In this document: piece by piece, positions 37,003 through 49,700 of the stretch
How the letters are laid out: the number at the start of each line of letters is the position of its first letter
Position numbering within the stretch: position 1 is the stretch's first letter
Assembly: GCF_006345805.1 (NCBI RefSeq)
Contig: NC_043000.1
Location: forward strand, 39,556,001 to 39,620,000
Length of the DNA stretch: 64,000 bases
Direction: 5' to 3'
Source: Octopus sinensis
Lineage: Eukaryota
The notes under the pieces: model-generated
What the model saw: only the letters and a program-made list of their open reading frames with translations
Told to the model about the DNA's origin: nothing
The model's database searches: none
Program-made: the position numbers and the translations under genes

Positions 37003-40000
37003 AGCGTAGTCAGACCTGCAGGTGTCGCTACTGTCATCTACGGAAACGTTTTGGGGATCTATATATCTACATACTTATATTTATATATATTTACATGTAA
37101 ATAAATGTGTGTATATGTATATCTATCTATATATATATACATATATATACAAACACACACACACACACATTTGATGGGCATGTTTCAGTTTCTGTCTACC
37201 AAATCCACTCACAAGGCCATTTAATAAGATATTGTTTATTGACCTCCTTGTAACATGTCTTAGAGACATGCTTGTATTCACATACGAATGTAACTATAGA
37301 AATGTGACAATTAATAACAACAAAAATAGGCATTTTAAACCTGTCAAAAGCAGGTTTAATTTTGTAGGTTTTAGCCACAGCAACAATTGATTTATTGTGA
37401 ATTAATATTTTAGGTTTTTCCTTATAATTGCTTGACACTAACATTTTTACACGCCTCTTACAGCATGATGTAATATGGTTTACTGTTAAAATTCCCTCTG
37501 TATGAAGCAAAAAAAAATCACCAATCCGTAAGTCTAGATTTATTTATACAACAAAGAAAAGCTTTCCAACATTATATACTACATTGCTCTACCTATATCT
37601 ACATTATTGAGATACTGTACATCTGTGATTTTTAATATCAATAATTTCTCTGATCTGAAATTGTGAGTTCTCTCAACATTTTGTAGATTATTATTGGAAA
37701 CGAGGGCATCCATTCATAGAAACCATTCCACAGCAGAGAGTAGAGTTTGGCACAGTCGTCTGGTTTGTCGGCTTCTATCAAACAATCCAACCCATACCGG
37801 CAGGGAAAACAGATGGTTAATAACGATGGTGATGAGGACCAGGAAGAGAAAGAAGAGGGTGTTTTCCTTAGATATTAGAAACACACACATGTCCTATTCT
37901 TTTGAACTTTTACTTTACAATGTTGTAAGGGCCAGAGGTTTCTGTAGTCAGGCTCCCTTTCTGCTGCCAAATGCCATCTGTTGCAAGTCAAATAATAAAT
38001 CTCCCAGTCTCTGAAGCAAAAGACAGACCTAACACAGTTATATGGAGGACTGGAAGCCAAAGACACCACCTCAAAGGATCCTCTATTCACAAAGGTTGTG
38101 CAGTATGCCAGTACATGTGAAGGAACCGAGACATGGTTACAACGTGCAATGCAAGTAAACGACCCCTGTGAATATTAAGGGAGTCAAAGGGATATACGAA
38201 CTCACTCGCACACAGATGCAACTGTGTGCATTTACGTGTATATATGACGGGAAAATAGAAATGTTTTTGGAATTATTTATTCTACATCAGTTGTGTTTTA
38301 TTTTCTGATTGCAATTACAAAGATTTACGTGTTATGTAGACATGTAAGGAATGTCCCATTAGAAACAGTTTTCATAAGAAAATACATTTGAGTGAAGTGT
38401 TACATTTAGGTATTAATCAGGAGCATCACTGATAGTCCTTGAGAAGGGGTCCAAGAGCTATAAACACATTTTTGTGCAGATGTCTGTATATCAGCAGTCA
38501 TATATAGTTCATAAGTATACATAAATGAACAAACATATATCCACACAAAGTTTATTCATAAGCAGAACTACATACACAGACTCAGAGTAACAGCAAAAAA
38601 GGCGAAAGAAGAAACGCACTCAACACCAAAGCTGAAGACACCTCCGAAAGGGGGAGGGGGCACTACGTCCAAAACGGTAGAGGAGTGGGGCCCGAAACCA
38701 GACGCGGTTCCACCTGAAGATATCTTTAGGAGCTGTTGAAGTAGCAACATGGATGGGAATATTATGGTAGTTAAAAGGTGTTTATAACATATTCTACCTA
38801 CTACAGGCAAATTCACTTCAGTTACCATAGAGAAAACATTCTCTCTTAAGATAAAATATGTGTAAAATCACCATATCTGTCAAGTGCTCCCACCTACCAT
38901 TTTTCCAGACATCGATGTTTCTATTTAGTCAGAATCAATAGAAAATACCGAAGAGGGACAACTCTGGACATATTTGATCAAACCGTGGCTGTAACTAAAA
39001 TAGTCGACATTGACTCATTTGCGCCAGCAGACAGAAAACTATGCTATTGAAATATATTATCTTTTAATGAACGTTTTGTAAATCACATTGTCACTGATAA
39101 AATTCCTTACATATTTGAATACACACACAGGGAGAGCTAAATGCTTTACACAGAAGGAGAAAGAGTGTGGGAAATAGATAGTTTTTCGTGAGGAAAGTGA
39201 AAAATAAAAGAGACAAACAGAGTGTTTTTTTGTTGCCATGAAAGATTTTGTACCTTCAAATATCATGGAAAACTTTCAGACTTCGTATGTTGAGGTACTT
39301 TTTCACAATGAATGCCAGTTTGTGATTAATTTATTCCAGAAATCTTTTTGAAAGAATTTAAGTATTTTGATGAAGTTTGATCCAATTTACCCAATTAGAA
39401 AACAGGATTTGTACATGATAGCTGTTATAAAATGAAAGCAATGCGTGAGAGATAATACATATACTGAGAGAGTGAGAAACATAAAAAGTATGGTAAATAG
39501 TAGAGAGAGACACCAACGCTGATAGATAGGGAGTAGATAAAAAAGTTGAGTCATTTCTCATACACAAGATTATATATTTTATTATTATTATTTATGGATG
39601 AGTTCCTCTTTGAGATGATAATTATCTTTTTTTTTTTTTTACTATTATTTATGGACGATCATGGGTTCAGTTTGCAATTTAGTACATTATAAAAACTGGC
39701 ACACAGAGTGTTCTGGCTAAATTTCACAATATTTTATATCTTCGGTTTTCAGAAAAAACAAATTTATTTGTTGGTGAAGAGTCAATTTTGAGGCAGAGCA
39801 TAAAGATTAACATTGTAGTCAAAATAAAATTAGTTAACAGGACTGGAAGCCAGCTGAATAATATAAGAGAGTTACCTGTATCATTATGATATGCACTGGG
39901 TATAAAAAATGCTGCTCAATACTTTCTGAACACTGTAAAAGATGTAAGACTTGGTATGCACGGCAGCAACAGAGACTACAAATCATGACCAGTGTGTGAA

Positions 40001-40072
40001 TATGCTTGTGTTTGGTTCAGTTACTATTTGATAGAATGATTTACCAGAAACATCACAATGATATGGCTTCTC

Positions 40073-40969
40073 TCATATATGAGTACGTTTGTGTGTAGAT
40101 AAACTAAAACTTTGAGAAAATGATTTACCACAGATCCTACAGTCATATGGCTTCTCTCCTGTATGAATACGTATGTGTTTCTTTAAGGCATCACTTACAG
40201 AGAATGATTTACCACAAATATCACAGCCATATGGCTTCTCGCCTGTATGAATATGTTTGTGCTTAGTTAAAGCACTATTTTGAGAGAATGATACACCACA
40301 AATATCACAGTGGTATGGCTTCTCTCCTGTATGAATACGTTTGTGCGTAGATAAATTGAAACTTTGAGAAAATGATTTACCACAGATCCCACAGTGATAT
40401 GGTTTCTCTCCTGTATGAATACGTATATGTTTCTTTAAGGTATTACTTAGAGAGAATGATTTACCACAGACATCACAATGATATGGTTTCTCTCCCGTAT
40501 GAATACGTTTGTGTGTAGTTAAGTGAATACGTTGAGTGAATGATTCACCACAGATATCACAATGATATGATCTCTCTCCTGTATGAGTACGTTTGTGCAC
40601 AGCAACAGCATTTCTTAAAGAAAATGATTTACCACAGACATCACAATGATATGGTTTCTCTCCAGTATGAATATGTTTGTGACTAGATAAGATACTACTG
40701 CTAGAGAATGATTTACCACAGATATTACAATGATATGGTTTCCCTCCAGTATGAATATACTTGTGTCTAGATAAGTTACTACTCATAGAGAATGATTTAC
40801 CACAGATATCACATTGATATGGCTTCTCTCCTGTATGAGAACGTTTGTGCAAAATCAGGTTACATTTTCGAGAGAAGGACTTTGCACAGATATCACAGTC
40901 ATATGAGGTCATCTCTTTTATCATGTGTTCAAGTGAAATAAATTCTTTAATTTTCTCACTTTTCTCCAT
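40073..40969 (-). CDS. C2H2 zinc-finger protein, 10 tandem fingers (ZNF-1), 298 aa from the first ATG
   Basis: Ten CxxC-x12-HxxxH fingers with TGEKPY-type linkers; ATG (MEKSEK) at 40969; uninterrupted frame. Confidence 0.92.
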   Translation of the reverse strand: MEKSEKIKEFISLEHMIKEMTSYDCDICAKSFSRKCNLILHKRSHTGEKPYQCDICGKSFSMSSNLSRHKYIHTGGKPYHCNICGKSFSSSSILSSHKHIHTGEKPYHCDVCGKSFSLRNAVAVHKRTHTGERSYHCDICGESFTQRIHLTTHKRIHTGEKPYHCDVCGKSFSLSNTLKKHIRIHTGEKPYHCGICGKSFSQSFNLSTHKRIHTGEKPYHCDICGVSFSQNSALTKHKHIHTGEKPYGCDICGKSFSVSDALKKHIRIHTGEKPYDCRICGKSFSQSFSLSTHKRTHI

Positions 40970-41439
40970 TACTTTTCCTCTCAAAATCCAAGTCAATATA
41001 TTTTTCTTGTTTTTGTTTTTATACTTTATTCCTTACACACACTTCTACTGCTGTATTTCTGTCCAGTGTTACTTTTGTTTAGCAACACTTCTATAAATTT
41101 ATCCAACTTTAATCAGCACACAGTCTTATCTTCTTGAACACTCCAGTCAGCAATGTTCAGAAATTTTGCTAATATTATTTCAGAGCAAATATTTCACAGG
41201 AATAATTAAAATATGGTAGATATTGAGGATGCTTCTTCTGTATTCTGATGTTCTGAAATTATAGAGAAACAACAGTGTCAAATGTAAAGGCTACTTAAAA
41301 AATGCAGATTCATTTCTATTGAGACAAACTGTAGAAACAAACATTTACCTTAACAACTGAGCTGGATGCCAACAGTTCTATAAAGAACTGCTGATCTCTC
41401 AAAGTAGATGGAACAAGTGGAAGAAGATATGAGTGGAAG

Positions 41440-41800
41440 TGCTTTGGGGAGTCTGTCTTCTTCTATAGCCCCAGGCTGACCAAAGACTTTTGAGTGGATT
41501 TGGTGTACACACACACACACACCACAAGCATAGATGGCAGGAGGTACTTGTCATCCAGTTGTAGGCTATTGGTGTAGGGAATATGTGTTTTTTGTGGGAT
41601 CTGGGGGTGACAAACAGAGGGTTTGCCCCATGTGTTTGTCTCCCTATAACTGCTTGACAATCAGTGTTGGTGTAGTATTTAGTTCTCTGTAACTTACCGG
41701 TTCAGCAAAAGGCACCAACAGAATAAGTACTAGGCTAAAAAAATATGTCCTGATGTCGATTTGTTCGAAGTGGCTGAAACAAGTAGAAGATTAATCCAAC
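41440..41800 (+). mobile_element. SINE family A (decayed) in the ZNF-1 intron
   Basis: ctatagccccaggctgaccaaagacttttgagtggatttggt...agaataagtactaggct...ctgaaacaagtag. Confidence 0.7.
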
Positions 41801-43019
41801 ATTGTCGCCTTTCTTCTTGATGAACATCCATCGCCCTTCTATAGTCTGTCTATGGATGACAGTTTAACAATTTGACAATTCAATGGGTATACAAGTGGCT
41901 GAGACCCACACAGGAACACTCCAATCGAATATCAAACGGGTTTCATCAAATATTCTTATATGACTGTCGTCACCTCCGGGTTCCATCATGAAATACACAT
42001 TTTAAAGGACAATTTACTTTCATAGAATATAGATTTTTATTTAGCAACAGATTATTACAGGAATAAACTAAAGAAAAATTAAAGTATAAAAGATCAAACC
42101 CCTCCCCACCCATCTTTTACTCAATAATCCAGTCCCACTTTTTTCGTCTCCTTTGTTTCATTGGTCGAGTATTTCCATTTTTTCTTCCGATAATTTCATC
42201 TTTCATGCTTTAAAATGTTCTCTTTCATCTCTTTCTCTAAAAATATGTTACCAAATAAGAATTTATGTAATATAAGCAAAAACGAAATCCTCCATTTACG
42301 ACAGTATACTACATTATACCCAAAAACTGGAATGGTGTTCAGTGTCTTAAAAGCAGATGGAAATCAGATTTTCATAACTTTTTCATGAAAGGCTTCCTCA
42401 TCGCCATCATTTTCAAATGCAAGATGAATGATAATTTTTTTAAATTCCCCTCAAAATGAATAATATCCAGCTTATGTGGATGAGCTAATCCGACACTCCG
42501 CCTTATTTTTCAGCAGCATTTTAAATTTACAAGTATGAGGAAATAAAGTCGACTTGTATAAATTATCCATCACCTCCATTCAATTGTACTTTTCTTTTCA
42601 CAATAAATTCCTACGTAATCCTTATCTACACAATCTGAAACATACTTTCAGAAAATTTCATTTCAGATTACCCATTTTTGAGAAAGTTATGAGGAAACAA
42701 ATTACTAGTTGGTTGGGCACACATCGGTAGTAATACAGAGAAACAATCGATAAATTAAAATAAAGTATTGGTTTCCAAATATCTCAGTGGTTGGTGTATT
42801 TAAGAATATTCCTCAAACTAAAACACAACAAACTAACCAGGCAACGATACAGAAGGTAGCTTTTATAGCTGGAAATAGCAGCCAAATGTCGAATAAATAG
42901 TGGATATCTCGCTTCCATACCTAGAAATATCAACCAAATATCGCACAAAGCATAGAATATCTCTTTCGTAGATAGAAATAGCAGCCAAATCCCGCACAAA
43001 TCAAAGAAGTCTTGTTAGT

Positions 43020-43245
43020 TGTCGGAGCACTGCATCCTTCAAAACTTCCATGCTTCCTGAGATTCGCCTACACTACACCTGATTTTCTCCCCTCCATACA
43101 CACGCAAGCATCTATCTGACTCATACACTGTTCACTTCGCACACATTTGTACATTACTGCATATACTTTATACGCACTTTTGACAAGTTATGAGGCACCT
43201 GAGCACTGAATACAATAATTTCATTATTTTTTATTATTCAAAGAA
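43020..43245 (+). mobile_element. Probable LINE 3' fragment with an (ATT)-type tail
   Basis: gcacttttgacaagttatgaggcacctgagcactgaatacaataatttcattatttttattatt; family identity recalled, not verified. Confidence 0.4.
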
Positions 43246-43334
43246 ACGTAGAAAAGACACAAAGAATCGAGGCGCCAAAAACCGAAAGTCTACAGAATTA
43301 AAAACATTGAATATTTTCATTGTTTAATACTTAC

Positions 43335-43500
43335 GGAAATATTTCGTAAAGGATAGTGTTGTTGTGTGTGTGGTAGTACGTATTTTAAGTATAATAAATG
43401 TATTCTTCTATTATTGTCAGCTGATTGAGAGAAATTCATGCAGAGGACATTTAACGGATGTCAACATCAAGTAAGAGGCACGTTCAATGCGCATGCGTAT
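43335..43500 (-). promoter_or_regulatory. Putative promoter and non-coding first exon of ZNF-1
   Basis: Minus-strand donor cc|gtaagtatt at 43334; tgcgcatgcgta (NRF1/ewg-like) at 43488-43499; block conserved at 57916-58085; matching acceptor tttcag| at 41253. Confidence 0.5.
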
Positions 43501-44544
43501 CTCCACTCTTGCAGCAAATTCGAATTATCTCCCTTTATCTAACAGTTTAAAGCTTTTGATTTTTAAGTTTTCACGTTAGAAACAATTAATCCATCCATTG
43601 TGGCTTCGTTTTCTGAAGTGTTCTTTACAGTTTGTTAACTTTTCTTGACGCCAACCTCTCCCCCGCCTCTTCAAGCATAGAGTAACATGGCTTGCTGTCG
43701 ATATCCCTTCTATATGAAATAGAAAAATCACCAATTAGGCTAGATTTTTCCCTTCGTGAAAACAAACACAATTGTTGTTGATAACAGTTTTCCAGCACTA
43801 TATCTTACATCGTTCCATCTTTATTCTTTTATTTGTTTCAGCCATTTGACTGTAGCCATGCTCCAGCACACCTTGAGATAACTTACTTCTGTGATAATTA
43901 TAATACAAATGATTTCTTCCGGATTTTGAATTTATTTTGTATGCTTTGTATGTTTACCCATAAGAGATTTTTTTAAAATAACATTTTTAGTATCAACACT
44001 GCAAGGTTAAATAAATTGCAGTCAAATTCACATCTTTTGAAGTAATCCAAATTTTATTCCCTAAATACAAAGGGTTATTGTGGAATTCCTTTCAGATTTA
44101 TACACAGGTATACTTCACTTTACATAACCCCATGTATATACGTGTATTTGCTCCCACTGTCAATATTATCGTGCCTACCACGTTTCTAGTATCCCTGTAG
44201 TCTCCCCAACATTTGTACTGCTCTCTCTCAATTGTCACACACGTTGCCATCCTCCCTTCCACCCACAGTAACAGACCATGGCTACCCCTTAGAGCAACAG
44301 CTCCTGCAGCCTGAAGTGCCACCCCCATGCTTAATCTCCTCAGAAATATTCCTTGTTCGGTCTGACGTTTTCTCCTAAATATAGTTATGTATTTCCTCCA
44401 CAACAACCTGCTCTACTCAAAACCCTTCCCTCATAGTCTTACTCCTACCTACCTTATAGCAGCAACATTTCCCCTCCTTGGGTTTGTTGGCTTGAGAGCA
44501 ACACTATACCTTCAGTAGTGCCAGTGACACGAGTAATGTACACA

Positions 44545-44705
44545 GTACAGTGAGTAAAGTGGTTAGCATTAGGAAATGCATCCAGCTGTAGAAACCATGC
44601 CGAAGCAAACACTGTGGAACAATACAGTCCTCGACTCATTGGGTCTTCGTCAAACTGTCCATCCTATGCCAGCATGGAATATAGACGTTAAATGATGATG
44701 ATGAT
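44545..44705 (+). mobile_element. RTE-type 3' tail fragment (similar at 37775-37830, 47620-47780, 48345-48390, 54500-54640)
   Basis: gtggttagcattaggaaatgcatccagctgtagaaac...gccagcatgga..gacgttaaatgatgatgat. Confidence 0.75.
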
Positions 44706-45991
44706 ACAATGTGTGTAATATCGATAGCAATATACTGAAAGATAAAGGGACAAACAAGAGTTATCTGCTAGAAATACTTCATATAAAACACACATATATA
44801 TGATGGCTTTAAGAAACAAACATTTTACACATCACAAGATCAGAGTGTGCAACTTTGTACATATAAATATTGGTACACAGGGCGTTCAGGTTACATTTCA
44901 AGATATTTTTTATGTCTCCTTCCTTCAGGAATAACTTTGTGATGTTGAACAGTCAGTGATGTTGAAGAGTTGAGTAAAACTTATCTAACATGAAAGACTG
45001 GAAGCCATCTGAATATTGGACCCTCTCATACAAAGGCTTTCTCATATTCATGCTCCATATTGAGTAACCTTCCATGCCTCTTTATTTTGCATCATGGAAC
45101 AGAAGCATGACATTACCCTTCTACACACACATTTTTTCTGCTTCACTATCCTGTAAAAGAGTACTTCATAGTTTGGTTGTGAAGCTGTAGAATATTGGCA
45201 TACCTCTTTTTTCTGTTCTTCCCCTTGCTAAATAGACCTGTCTCCTACCTATTCTTCAAGCTGCCATCAGTCACCATTCTTTCAAATCCTTCAAGATGTC
45301 TCTGCCTTTATAGTTCTGTATACTTCCCTGTTCAACCATCACATCCCCCTTCACTTGACTGGCATTTTATACCAGGCACAGATTTATTCTGCAGCTCTAC
45401 ATGAGCTGCCTTATATCAACTTCCAGTTGTCCTCTCGCTCCGACTTCTCATCAAAGGCTTTAATTAGTTAGTCACACCTCCACGTGTTTTAAGGATCCCT
45501 AGGTTTCAAAGAAAGCTGTCAGACCTTCAAGATCTGCCTCTCATATCACTAAGTGTGAACCTATATTTATAAGTCCATTCTTTACCAGAAAATGACTCTG
45601 CATTCCCAACTATCTTGGGGCTGAGAATAAGAATCTACTCCAAAATGTTTCTTCTCAATTTTATGAAAATAATCTTAATCTGGATCTTTGAAAACTTATC
45701 TCTGAAAAGTTCAATTTGAAGAAACAATTATTCAGAACTTCCCTGTTCAACCATCATGTCATCATTTATCTGGTAGTCATTTTCTACCAGGCACAAATTT
45801 GTTCTGCAGCTCTGCATGATTCGGTATAGAGCTCTTTACATCATCGAAAACAAACTGCATGAGTGGTCAGGAAAGGAGTGGGAGGTGAATATTGCAAAAA
45901 CAGAAGAAAAAAGTCTAGAATTTGGGGAAATATTTAAGTCACAATTTCCATTGCATAAAACAGGAATATTAAATAACTGGCAAACAAGAAA

Positions 45992-46789
45992 CTACCCATT
46001 TTCTTTTTTCCCTGTATGAATATATTTGTGTCTTGTTAAATTACTATTATCAGAGAATGATTTACCACAGGTATCACAGTGATAAGGTGTCTCTCCTGTG
46101 TGAATATATTTGTGTCTAGATAAGTGACCACTGCCAGAGAATGATTTACCACAGATATCACAATAATGCAGTTTCTCGCCTGTATGAATACATTTGTGTA
46201 TAGTTAAGAGATTATTTTGAGAGAATGATTTACTACAGATATCACAGTGATATGGCTTCTCTCCTGTATGAATACGTATGTGTTTTGTTAAGGTAGTGCT
46301 TTCAGCGAATGATTTACCACAGATATCACAGTCATATGGCTTCTCTCCTGTATGAATACGTTTGTGAGTAGTTATGCTAGAATTTTGAGAGAATGATTTA
46401 CCACAGATATCACAATGATATGGCTTTTCTCCTGTATGAATACGCTTGTGTCTAGTTAAGTCACTATTTTGCGAGAATGATTTACCACAGATGCCACAAT
46501 GATATGGCTTCTCTCCTGTATGAATACGTATGTGTTTTGTTAAGTCACTATTTTGAAAGAATGATCTACCACAAATATCACAAGGATATGGCCTTTCAGC
46601 TGTATGAATACGTATGTGTTTTGTCAAGGTAGTACTTTCAGAGAATGATCTACCACAGATATCACAATGATACGGGTTCTCTCCTGTATGAATATGTATG
46701 TGTTCTATTAAAGCAGAATTTTCAGAGAATGGTTTACCACAGATATGACAATGATACAGTTTCTCTTCTCTACAGTTATGTTTGTGCAT
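45992..46789 (-). CDS. C2H2 zinc-finger ORF, 9 intact fingers (ZNF-2); ancestral start and finger 1 damaged
   Basis: 265-aa frame; the homologous upstream ATG reads ATA and finger 1 has a deletion; the ORF restarts at an internal ATG (MHKH). Confidence 0.8.
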   Translation of the reverse strand: MHKHNCREEKLYHCHICGKPFSENSALIEHIHIHTGENPYHCDICGRSFSESTTLTKHIRIHTAERPYPCDICGRSFFQNSDLTKHIRIHTGEKPYHCGICGKSFSQNSDLTRHKRIHTGEKPYHCDICGKSFSQNSSITTHKRIHTGEKPYDCDICGKSFAESTTLTKHIRIHTGEKPYHCDICSKSFSQNNLLTIHKCIHTGEKLHYCDICGKSFSGSGHLSRHKYIHTGETPYHCDTCGKSFSDNSNLTRHKYIHTGKKENG

Positions 46790-49700
46790 AATTAAATTAC
46801 TTTTTCAAGAGAAGGACAGTCATATGATATCTCTTTTATCAGATGTGGGGAAATAAATTCTATAATTTTCTCACTCTTTTTTTTTTATTACTTTTTTCTC
46901 AAATTAGTACATTTTTCTTGTTTTTGTTTTTATATGTTATTCCTTCTACTGCTGTATTTCTGTCCAGTGTTACCTTTGTTTAGCAACACTTCTATAAATT
47001 TATCCAACTTTAATCAGCACACAGTCTTATCTTCTTGAACACTCCAGTTAGCAATGTTCAGAAATTTTGCTAATATTATTTCAGAGCAGATATTTCACAG
47101 GAATTCTTCCACAGATTTGTAGAAACAATGTTATACATCTGTTTTGTATAATATTTTCCTTTAGTGATTAAAATATGGTAGATATTGAGGATGCTTCTTC
47201 TGTCTTCTGATGTTCTGAAATTATAGAGAAACAACAGTGTCAAATGTAGAGGCTATTTAAAAAATGCAGATTCATTTCTATTGAGACAAACTGTAGAAAC
47301 AAACACTTATCTTAACAAACTGAGCTAGATGCCAATAGTTCCATAAAGAACTGCTGATCTCTCAAAGTAGATGGAACAAGTGGAAGAAGACCTGGAAGAA
47401 GTCTTCTGATGAGCTAACTCAGGATGCTGAACCAGGCATCTTGGAGTTTACCACATCGCCTGAAATGTGATAGGGTAAACACCAAGATGCTTGGCATCCC
47501 GTTGTACTTAAGAAGACGCATACTCAAAAACAGATGTATTCTGACTCATCCCTCTGGTGGCCAAAAGCACTTGTGATCCTTCTTCAGAAAAGGGGATGTG
47601 CAGTGCCATGTTAAAGCAACTCTGTGGTAGCACATAAAAGCACCCTGTGCACTGTAAAGTAGATGGCACTAGTGAAGCCACGTAGCTGTAGAAACGATAA
47701 GAAATCAGACTGGAGTTTGCTGCAGCTTGCCAGCCTTGCAACACATTCCAGCATGGACAGCAGACATTTCAAGATGAAGAACTTAACATTTTAATTCATA
47801 GAATCTTGTGTGAAGCTTAAATATTTGTAAACTACACTGACACCTTCACATTGTGTAACAGTTTTAAAATAAAACTACAGAATAGTGGACACTAATATTA
47901 GCCTTTCTCCAGAATGTTTTTGTTGAATAAAAAGCTGCAATAGTTATGCACCAACCCAGTAATAATGGCAGACCCTCAGCTTACTCAACAAGTGAAGAGG
48001 CACGCTGTTATTGTGTTTAGAAAGGCTGAGCATAGCGATTTAGAAATATCTCGATTTTATAAAGGATGCCAGATCTTTCATCTACAAGGTTCGTAAGGAG
48101 CGAGAGACTGAAGATAGAAATGTATCAACAGTATCATAGCATAAAAAGCATTCTAAATGCTGAGAAATCATCAGGACTAAAATACACAACAAATTAACTA
48201 GGCAACAACACAGAGTGCAGAAGGTAGCTTCCATACCTAGAAATAGCAGCCAAGTCTCGAACTAATCACAGACATTTTTCTTTCATAACTAGAAATAGCA
48301 GCCAAATCCCGCACAAATCAAGGAAGTCTTGTTAGTTTTCAGAGCCAACCTATGCCAGCATGGCACACAGACGTGAAATGATAATGATAAAATGTTTATA
48401 ATACCGATAGTGATATACTAAAAGATAAAGGGATAAATGAGAGCTGCTAGAAATATTTCATATAAGAGATAAATTTATAAGATGCCTTTAACAAACAAAC
48501 ATTTTACACATCACCATATCAGAATCTGCAACTTTGTAAATATAAACATTGGTACACAGTGTATTCAGGTTACATTTCAAGATAGTTTTTATGTCTCCAT
48601 TCAGGAAAAACTTATGTATTGGTGAACAGTCAATGGTGTTGGTGAGTTGAGTAAAACTTATCTAACATGAAGGACTGGAAGCCATCTGAATATTGGACCC
48701 TCTCATGTGTTCACATTACAAAGGCTTTCTCGTATTCATGCTCCATATTGAGTAGCCTTTCATATTTGCACTTCCATGCATCTTTATTTTGAATGGAATG
48801 CAAGCATGACATTTTCCTTCTGCACACACATCCCACAACTCACTTTTCTCTGCTACAGTATCCTGCAAAACAGAGCACTTTATATTTTCGGTTCTGAAAC
48901 TGTAGAATATTGGCATACCTCTTTTTCTCTGTTCTTCCCCTTGCTAAATAGACCTGTCTCCTACCTTTTCTTCAAGCTACCATCTGTCGCCATTCTTTCA
49001 AATCCTTGACTAGCATTTTATACCAGGCACAGATTTATTCTGCAGCTCTACATGAGCTGCCTTATATCAACTTCCAGTTGTCCTCTCGCTCCGACTTCTC
49101 ATCAAAGGCTTTAATTAGTTAGTCACACCTCCACTTGTCTTAAAGATCCCTAGGTTTCAAAGAAAGCTGTCAGACCTTCAAGATCTGCCTTTCAAATCAC
49201 TAAGTGTGAACCTATATTTATAAGTCCATTCTTTACCAGAAAATGACTCTGCAATCCCAACTATCTTGGGGCTGAGAATAAGAATCTACTCCAAAATGTT
49301 TCTTCTCAATTTTATGCAAATCATCTTAATCTGGACCTTTGAAAACTTATCTCTGAAAAGTTCAATTTGAAGAAACAATTATTCAGAAGGTAACAAGGAA
49401 TCAGTCAGTTGTGGGGCACAATACTATACTTATGCCTCATATTCTTCCTTTGTGATCTCTTCTATTTTATACTTGGGGTCGTTGTTTATGTTAATATTTG
49501 ACAAATATAGAATATTCTTGAGTATAAAGAATTAATAACTTATATTATTGTATAACATTTAATGTGTGAAGCATTTAAAAGACAAAAAGCAATACAGATA
49601 GTGTAATTACAGGATGCGATATTCAAGTAAAAATGATGCATAGGCTGGACAGGAGGAGGAGATTTTGTATAGAGGTCCTTACATCGTGGAAACGAAACTG

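Larger units (their letters stand above)
35417..37059. mobile_element. Element with perfect 28-bp terminal inverted repeats flanked by TA; contains a nested RTE and an HHR motif
   Basis: gatccccaaaacgtttccgtagatgaca at 35417-35444 and its exact reverse complement at 37032-37059, with TA on both sides. Confidence 0.75.
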
